Positions 16,666 through 22,247 of a stretch of DNA of 22,247 nt are shown one piece after another. The stretch spans positions 1 through 22,247 of the forward strand of contig CBDHEC010000028.1 in assembly GCA_965261975.1 (NCBI GenBank). The letters are read 5' to 3'. Source of the stretch: Alphaproteobacteria bacterium. GTDB taxonomy: Bacteria; Pseudomonadota; Alphaproteobacteria; UBA6615. How positions within the stretch are numbered: position 1 is the first letter of the stretch; every line of letters starts with the position of its first letter. Position numbers and translations under genes: made by a program. The notes beneath the pieces were generated by a model. It was not told where the DNA came from, ran no database searches, and worked only from the letters and a program-made list of their open reading frames with translations.

Positions 16666-16700
16666 CTCATCAATAGGATTGTGATCATTATATTGATGAG
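16666..16700. promoter_or_regulatory. Inverted repeat in the LysR/VOC divergent promoter (putative LysR operator)
   Basis: CTCATCAATA-N15-TATTGATGAG: perfect 10-bp arms in an AT-rich 91-bp intergenic region. Confidence 0.6.
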
Positions 16701-16715
16701 ATATTTTCAGCACTC

Positions 16716-17618
16716 ATGAGCCACCCCTCGACCCGGTCACTGGAGATGTTCGACGCGGTCGCGGACACCGGAAGTTTCCGGGCCGCCGCCGAACGGCTTG
16801 CCGTGTCGCCATCGGCCGTGAGCAAGGCCATATCCGAGCTGGAAACCAGGCTCGGCGCCCGTCTGATTGCACGCACGACCCGCAGCCTCGCCCTCACCGA
16901 AGCCGGCACGGCCTACCACGCAAGTGTTTCGTCTGCGCTGGCCACGCTTGATGAAGGCGCGGAAACAGTGAATGCCGTCACCGCCGCACCGCGCGGCGTG
17001 CTGCGCCTGGCGATGCCGGTGACGTTCGGCCACATGTATATCGCGCCGTTACTGCCGAAGTTCGCGGCGAAGTACCCGGAAGTCCGCCTCGACGTGACCG
17101 CGACGGACGCGTTCGTTGACGTCGTCGGCGAAGGCTTCGACGTGGTGATCCGTGGTGCGGGCACGTTGCCGGATTCGGCGCTCATCGCCCGCAAGATCAT
17201 GGAGACCCCCACGGTCGTGTGCGCCAGCCCCGCCTATATCGAGAAACACGGCGCGCCCGCCCATCCCGATGAACTGGACGATCACGCCTGCCTGGTCGCC
17301 ACCGCGACCCAGAGCATTTCCGAATGGGTGTTCGACCGGGACGGTGCCGCCTATTCCGTGCCGGTCACGGGGCCGCTGCGCAGCACCAGCCTGATTGTCG
17401 CGCGCGAGGGCGCGCTGGCCGGGCTGGGGATTGCCCGGGTGCCCTATCATTTCGCCGCACCGGAACTGGACTCCGGCCGGCTTGTCCGTTTGTTGCGCGA
17501 CTATGAGCGCCAGGAAGCCGCGGTCTATGCGATCTTCCCCGCCCAGCGCGAGATGGCATTGAAAACCCGCGCCTTCATCGATTTCCTGGTCGCCGAGGTC
17601 GGGAGCGTGCGGCTCTAG
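16716..17618 (+). CDS. LysR family transcriptional regulator (CrgA-like)
   Basis: HTH FDAVADTGSFRAAAERLAVSPSAVSKAISELETRLGARLIARTTRSLALTEAG; PRGVLRL; VDVVGEGFDVVIR; ASPAYI..HG.P.HP; KTRAFIDFL. Confidence 0.95.
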   Translation: MSHPSTRSLEMFDAVADTGSFRAAAERLAVSPSAVSKAISELETRLGARLIARTTRSLALTEAGTAYHASVSSALATLDEGAETVNAVTAAPRGVLRLAMPVTFGHMYIAPLLPKFAAKYPEVRLDVTATDAFVDVVGEGFDVVIRGAGTLPDSALIARKIMETPTVVCASPAYIEKHGAPAHPDELDDHACLVATATQSISEWVFDRDGAAYSVPVTGPLRSTSLIVAREGALAGLGIARVPYHFAAPELDSGRLVRLLRDYERQEAAVYAIFPAQREMALKTRAFIDFLVAEVGSVRL

Positions 17619-17639
17619 CCACCCGCCCCCGAGATATCC

Positions 17640-19082
17640 CTACAGTCCGGCCTGGGTGATGAACTTGGTGTTCAGATAGGCGTCGATCGCCTCCGAGCCA
17701 CCTTCCGAGCCGTAGCCCGAATCCTTCACGCCACCGAAGTGGGTCTCGATCAGACCGATGCCGTGATGGTTGATCGACACCATGCCGCTCTCGAAAGCCT
17801 CACCGATCTCCTGGGCCGTCTTGGCCGACTTGGTGTAGGCGTAGGCGGCGAGCCCGTAATCGAGGCGGTTGGCCTCGGCGACGACCTCGTCGAAGTCGTT
17901 GAAGGGCATGATCGGCGCGACGGGACCGAACGGCTCCTCGTTCATGATGCGCGCATCCATCGGCACATCGGTCAGCACCGTCGGCTCGAAGAAGTAGCCC
18001 TCATTGCCCTTGCGGCCGCCGCCCGTGTGCACCGTGGCACCCTTGCCGACCGCGTCGGAGACGAACCCGTCGATCGCATCGACACGCCGGTCATGGGCCA
18101 GCGGGCCCATTTTCGTATCCGGGTCCAGGCCATCGCCGACCGGCAGGGTGGATGCGAACTCGGTGAAGCCCTCGACGAAACGGCCATAGTGCTTCTCATG
18201 CACCAGGAAACGGGTCGGCGACACGCAGACCTGGCCTGCGTTGCGGAACTTGTTGGCCGTCAGCACCTTGAGGGCGACTTCCACATCGGCGTCCTCGAAG
18301 ACGATCGCCGGGGAATGCCCGCCCAGCTCCATGGTCACGCGCTTCATGTGCGCGCCGGCCATGGCAGCCAGGTGCTTGCCCACCGCCGTCGAACCGGTGA
18401 AGGTCACCTTGCGGATCGTGCGATGGGGAATGAGATATTCGGAGATCTCGGCAGGAATGCCGTAGACGAGATTGACGACACCGTCCGGGAGGCCGGCATC
18501 CACGAAGCAACGCACCAGCTCCGCACAACTCGCCGGGGTTTCCTCCGGGCCCTTCAGGATGATCGAACAGCCCGCACCAACCGCACCGGAGAGCTTGCGC
18601 ACCGCCTGGTTGATCGGGAAGTTCCACGGCGTGAAGGCCGCCACGGGGCCCACCGGCTCCTTGACGATCGATTGGGTCACACCGCCCATGCGCGCGGGGA
18701 TCACGCTGCCATAGGTTCGCCGCGCTTCTTCTGCGAACCAGTCGATGATGTCGGCGCCGAACAGCGTCTCGATCTTCGCCTCGCCGATGGGCTTGCCCTG
18801 CTCCTGGGTCATCATTGTCGCAATCGCATCTGCGCGCTCACGCACCAGGTCGGCGGCCTTGCGCATCAGTTTGTAGCGATCGAATGCAGAGACTTCCTTC
18901 CACGCACGGAAACCCTTCTCGGCGGCCTCGAGCGCCACTTCGAGGTCGGCGACGCGTGCGTGGGCCACATTACCGATCGGCGCACCGGTGGCGGGGTTGA
19001 TCACATCAATCGTCTCTCCGCCCGCGGCCGGCATCCACTTGCCGTCGATATGGAGTTCAATGTTCGGATAAGCATCGGTCAT
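17640..19082 (-). CDS. NAD-dependent aldehyde dehydrogenase (succinate-semialdehyde / 2-oxoglutarate-semialdehyde type)
   Basis: Probable start MTDAYPNIELHIDG; PWNFP, KVTFTGST, MELGGHSP (Glu), NAGQVCVS (Cys), EEPFGP, FGGVKDSGYGSEG. Confidence 0.93.
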   Translation of the reverse strand: MTDAYPNIELHIDGKWMPAAGGETIDVINPATGAPIGNVAHARVADLEVALEAAEKGFRAWKEVSAFDRYKLMRKAADLVRERADAIATMMTQEQGKPIGEAKIETLFGADIIDWFAEEARRTYGSVIPARMGGVTQSIVKEPVGPVAAFTPWNFPINQAVRKLSGAVGAGCSIILKGPEETPASCAELVRCFVDAGLPDGVVNLVYGIPAEISEYLIPHRTIRKVTFTGSTAVGKHLAAMAGAHMKRVTMELGGHSPAIVFEDADVEVALKVLTANKFRNAGQVCVSPTRFLVHEKHYGRFVEGFTEFASTLPVGDGLDPDTKMGPLAHDRRVDAIDGFVSDAVGKGATVHTGGGRKGNEGYFFEPTVLTDVPMDARIMNEEPFGPVAPIMPFNDFDEVVAEANRLDYGLAAYAYTKSAKTAQEIGEAFESGMVSINHHGIGLIETHFGGVKDSGYGSEGGSEAIDAYLNTKFITQAGL

Positions 19083-19278
19083 CGCAATGGTTCCCACATG
19101 GTCTGGTTGGTTCGAAAGCTCGGAGCCGCGTGCGGCCAAAAAATGTCGAGAGGTTCGTAGCAGCGTTTCGACGGCAAGAAAACTCAACCCTTCGCCATGG
19201 ACTCCGCAATACGAACACGCAAACGCGGCGCGGTGCCTCCAACGGCTGCACCAGCGGAGCAGAAGATAGCGAACGTCA

Positions 19279-20256
19279 TCAGGCCGCGAGGAAGTTCTCG
19301 AGGCGCTCGCGGATCAGCACCTCGGCTTCGGCCATGATCCGGTCGACCAGCTCCTGGCAGGTCGGGATATCGTCGATCAGACCTGCGACCATGCCGCAGG
19401 ACCACGCCCCGGCATCCATGTCGCCGTCGAGCATCACCTTGGGATACACACCCGCCACCTCCGCCGCGATGTCGTCGAACGCGATGTCGGTGCCGAGCTC
19501 GCGTTCCTTCTCCAGCACACGCTCGACGGCGGCGTTGGTCAGCACCCGCTCCGTGTTGCGCAGGGGCCGCATCACCAGCCGCGTATCCAACTCGCTTGCG
19601 GCCACGATCGCGGCCTTCACATTGTCATGCACCGGCGCTTCCTTGGTGACGATGAAGCGCGTGCCCATATTCATGCCGTCCGCACCCATGGCCAGCGCGG
19701 CGACGAGGGAACGCGCGTCCGCCATGCCGCCCGAGGCGACGAACGGGATCTCCAGTTCGTCGGCCGCACGCGGCAGCAGGATCATGTTGGGGATATCGTC
19801 TTCGCCCGGATGGCCGCCGCACTCGAAGCCGTCGACCGAGACCGCATCGCAACCGATCTCCTGGGCCTTGAGCGAGTGGCGCACGGTGGTGCATTTGTGG
19901 ATCACCGTGATGCCGTTGTCCTTCAACATCGGCAGCCACTTGGCCGGGTTGTTACCGGCCGTCTCGACGATCTTCACCCCGCCATCAATGATCGCCTGCA
20001 CATAGCCGGGATAGTCCGGCGCGTTGACGATGGGCAGGAAGGTCAGGTTCACGCCGATCGGCCTGTCGGTCATATCGCGGCAGCGCGCGATCTCGTTGGC
20101 CAGGTCGGCGGGGCTCTTCTGGGTGAGCCCGGTGATGATGCCCAGCCCGCCCGCATTCGAGACCGCGGCGGCGAGCTCGGCGAAGCCCACATAATGCATG
20201 CCGCCCTGGATGATCGGGTGCTGGATACCGAACAGCTCGGTGATGCGTGTCTTCAT
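19279..20256 (-). CDS. Nitronate monooxygenase / FabK-like flavin oxidoreductase
   Basis: MKTRITELFGIQHPIIQGGM, AVSNAGGLG, GFECGGHPG, ASGGMAD, MGTRF. Start overlaps the HxlR stop (ATGA). Confidence 0.92.
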   Translation of the reverse strand: MKTRITELFGIQHPIIQGGMHYVGFAELAAAVSNAGGLGIITGLTQKSPADLANEIARCRDMTDRPIGVNLTFLPIVNAPDYPGYVQAIIDGGVKIVETAGNNPAKWLPMLKDNGITVIHKCTTVRHSLKAQEIGCDAVSVDGFECGGHPGEDDIPNMILLPRAADELEIPFVASGGMADARSLVAALAMGADGMNMGTRFIVTKEAPVHDNVKAAIVAASELDTRLVMRPLRNTERVLTNAAVERVLEKERELGTDIAFDDIAAEVAGVYPKVMLDGDMDAGAWSCGMVAGLIDDIPTCQELVDRIMAEAEVLIRERLENFLAA

Positions 20257-20732
20257 GATTGGCTCCTGGCGATTTCGCGTGCGCGTTCGAATTCGGGGGA
20301 AAGACGCGGCTCTGCGTCATGGGCGGCCATCGGCTCGCCGCAGTCGGGACAGGTCATCTGCGGCACGACCGTGGCACCGCAACTCTTGTGGCGGATCTCG
20401 ACCGGGGTTCCGCCCTCCTCGAACCAGCTGTCCCCCCAGTTCTTCATGGCGATGATCACGGGCCAGAGGTCGCGCCCCTTGGCGGTCAGGCGATACTCGT
20501 GGCGTGGCGGGCGGGTGCTGTAACTTTCGCGGCGCAGGATGCCCTCGCGCTCGAGCCGTTTCAGGCGCTGGCTCAACGTGTGCGGCGACGCCCCGGTCTG
20601 GGCCTGCAGCTCGTCGAAACGACGGCTGCCCAGGAACAGCTCACGCAGGATCATCAGGGTCCACTCATTGCCGAGCAGCTCGATGGTGCGTGCGTAGGTG
20701 CAGATCTGGGTGGCGAGATCGGACCGGCTCAT
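20253..20732 (-). CDS. HxlR/DUF24 family winged-helix transcriptional regulator
   Basis: C..ARTIELLGNEWTLMILRE..RRFDEL..LSQRLKRL..EYRLTAKGRDL..WGD; C-terminal HKSCG..CPDCG. ATG 20732 is preferred; the alternative is GTG 20741. Confidence 0.92.
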   Translation of the reverse strand: MSRSDLATQICTYARTIELLGNEWTLMILRELFLGSRRFDELQAQTGASPHTLSQRLKRLEREGILRRESYSTRPPRHEYRLTAKGRDLWPVIIAMKNWGDSWFEEGGTPVEIRHKSCGATVVPQMTCPDCGEPMAAHDAEPRLSPEFERAREIARSQS

Positions 20733-20765
20733 ATCACTCACTTCAATTATTGAAGTAAGTGATAT
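20731..20765. promoter_or_regulatory. Long palindrome (17-1-17) at the HxlR start: putative autoregulatory operator
   Basis: atatcactcacttcaat-t-attgaagtaagtgatat; the arms are complementary except for one mismatch. Confidence 0.75.
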
Positions 20766-20833
20766 TGAACCTGCCGTCTCAGGTCAACGAGGGACCCGGT
20801 GCTGTGCCTCACGAGATGAGACAGTTTCTGCCG

Positions 20834-21754
20834 TCAGACGAGGATCTTGTCCGGCATCCGCTTGGGGTGGTCTTCCATGAAGGTGATCCCCGAGGCATTC
20901 ACGCCCAGGTCGATCATCAGCTTGGCCAGCGCGATGGACGAGGAATAACCCTCCAGCACCGGCACCTCCCAGCCCCGTTCGGCGAGCCCCTTCTCGATGA
21001 AGGGCTTGAGCCAGAACACGCCCGAGCAGCCGAGCGTGATCACTTCCGCACCGTCTTCCATGAGGGCCAGCTCGGCCTGCTCGACGGCGTTGTCGACGGC
21101 CAGCGACTTCTCTCCGGCCAGCGCCTTCTCGCGTTCGGCGCGCAGCTGCGGGCCGTCCTCGGCGCCGGGGCGCGGCAGGCGCATGCCGATGTTGCGGATC
21201 GACGCACAGCGGTCCTGCAGCTGATGCTGATAGATCAGGTCCCGGTAGTAGACATTGTGGACGCCGGCGATATCGACCACGGAGTATTTGTTGCCGAGCA
21301 TCGTCGCCAGATACATCTGGGAGTGGGCGTTGGCGGTGCAGACCACGCCGGCCTTGCGGCACATCTCGCGGGCCTCCAGGAAGCCCGGCTCACCGCCGCC
21401 GAGCAGCACGACGCCATTATACTTGCCCGTCTCGAGTGCGATGCGGATGTTCTTCAGCCGCGCGTCGGAGGCGTAGACGAACTCCTCGCGGGTCTCCACC
21501 GGCCAGTCGCCATAGGTCGCCTCGGCGCCCGGATGCAGGTCCCAGTCGATGCCGTCGAGATAGGGCATAACCATCTCACCGTTCATCAGCCGCTCCTTCT
21601 TGGGCAGTTCCCCGTCGAGATGGAGCGTCTGGTAGCCCCACTTGGTCTCGGTCGGCAGCCGGAACGGCGGGATCAGCAGGAACTGATATTTGGATGGCTG
21701 CGCATCGTTCGCGGGCTTGTCTTCGGGTCCATCGAGGGGTTCAACGGCGCTCAT
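20834..21754 (-). CDS. Asp/Glu/hydantoin racemase superfamily protein (single catalytic Cys)
   Basis: NGVVLLGGGEPGFLEARE, LATMLGNKYSVV, RCASIR, DGAEVITLGCSG, VPVLEG. GGAGG RBS supports a start at MSAVEP (21754). Confidence 0.8.
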   Translation of the reverse strand: MSAVEPLDGPEDKPANDAQPSKYQFLLIPPFRLPTETKWGYQTLHLDGELPKKERLMNGEMVMPYLDGIDWDLHPGAEATYGDWPVETREEFVYASDARLKNIRIALETGKYNGVVLLGGGEPGFLEAREMCRKAGVVCTANAHSQMYLATMLGNKYSVVDIAGVHNVYYRDLIYQHQLQDRCASIRNIGMRLPRPGAEDGPQLRAEREKALAGEKSLAVDNAVEQAELALMEDGAEVITLGCSGVFWLKPFIEKGLAERGWEVPVLEGYSSSIALAKLMIDLGVNASGITFMEDHPKRMPDKILV

Positions 21755-21850
21755 GGCGGCCTCCATCATCTTCATCGTTATGTTTCGCTGCAGGTCTTAT
21801 ATAAGAATTTGGGGCATCCTGCACAGCCCCCAGAATAGCAAACCGGCAGC

Positions 21851-21878
21851 AAAAAGGGCGGGTCATGGACCCGCCCTT
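21851..21878 (-). terminator. Rho-independent terminator downstream of the NmrA-like gene
   Basis: Minus strand AAGGGCGGGTC-CAT-GACCCGCCC-TTTTT, 26 nt after the stop at 21905. Confidence 0.8.
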
Positions 21879-21904
21879 CGCACTTTCACTTTCGAACGAA
21901 CCGA

Positions 21905-22247
21905 TCAGCCGCTGAATGCGCCCGCATGATCCCGCGCGAAATCCGCCGGCGTGCGCGGTGCATGCCCCGCCAGCTGCTCGATCAGGTCGTTGCCGTAGCT
22001 GGCCATATTACCCTCGGCAGCCATGCCCATGAGTGTCGACTGATGGTCGATCAGCCAGTCAGGCATGCCGCGCTCCTTCATCGCGCCGATCGCACCCTCC
22101 ATGGGCACCTGCACAAATGCGACCTCCTTGCCGATGGCCGCGCCGATGGCCGCGATGGCCTCCGCCGGGCTGACATTCGGGCCGGACAGCTCATAGGTCT
22201 GTCCCCCATGGCCGTCGGTCGTCAGGACACCCGCCGCCACGTCGGCG
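21905..22247 (-). CDS. C-terminal part of an NmrA/atypical SDR NAD(P)H-binding protein (5' end outside window)
   Basis: ADVAAGVLTTDGHGGQTYELSGP..AIGKEVAFVQVP..GMPDW..LAGHAPRT..DFARDHAGAF. Confidence 0.8.
   Translation of the reverse strand, partial: ADVAAGVLTTDGHGGQTYELSGPNVSPAEAIAAIGAAIGKEVAFVQVPMEGAIGAMKERGMPDWLIDHQSTLMGMAAEGNMASYGNDLIEQLAGHAPRTPADFARDHAGAFSG

Noticed and set aside
17739-19160. Long antisense ORFs (473 aa here; also 64-1065, 9244-10098, 12106-13119, 20759-21838 and others)
   Set aside because: Shadow ORFs opposite well-supported genes, expected in high-GC DNA; no recognisable motifs.
19083-19278. 196-bp intergenic region as a possible sRNA or riboswitch
   Set aside because: No recognisable conserved motif, strong hairpin or terminator by eye; probably the aldehyde dehydrogenase promoter region.
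1-22247. CRISPR arrays, IS elements, integrases, phage or known defence genes
   Set aside because: No regularly spaced repeats and no transposase, integrase or phage motifs were seen.

Overview
A GC-rich bacterial chromosomal segment, most likely alphaproteobacterial (Rhodospirillales-like; an inference from gene content). It holds about 22 complete CDSs, one partial CDS and one tRNA-Ser(GCT). Left to right: a CoxL/xanthine-dehydrogenase-family Mo large subunit; a crotonase; a 3.6 kb block (class III adenylate cyclase-TolB-TPR plus SelO/YdiU AMPylase) bounded by the tRNA-Ser 3' end and a degenerate direct repeat of it, which looks like an integrase-less tRNA islet; two divergent small hypothetical genes sharing a CtrA-like site; a transsulfuration PLP enzyme; an Ldh_2 dehydrogenase; and a tandem DUF1330 protein. 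Next is a long minus-strand run divergent from a LysR regulator: VOC, OsmC, Gfo/Idh/MocA, cupin, an unusual membrane/TrkA-C protein fused to a GST C-terminal domain, a full YfcG-type GST, a Tat-signal transglutaminase-like cysteine protease and a rhomboid. The window ends with an aldehyde dehydrogenase, nitronate monooxygenase plus HxlR (with a 35-bp palindrome), a single-cysteine hydantoin-racemase-family protein and a partial NmrA-like gene. The most striking observations are the channel-like TrkA-C::GST_C fusion next to a paralogous GST and the tRNA-Ser islet carrying two ATP-adenylating enzymes. All family calls come from motif recognition; no database searches were run.
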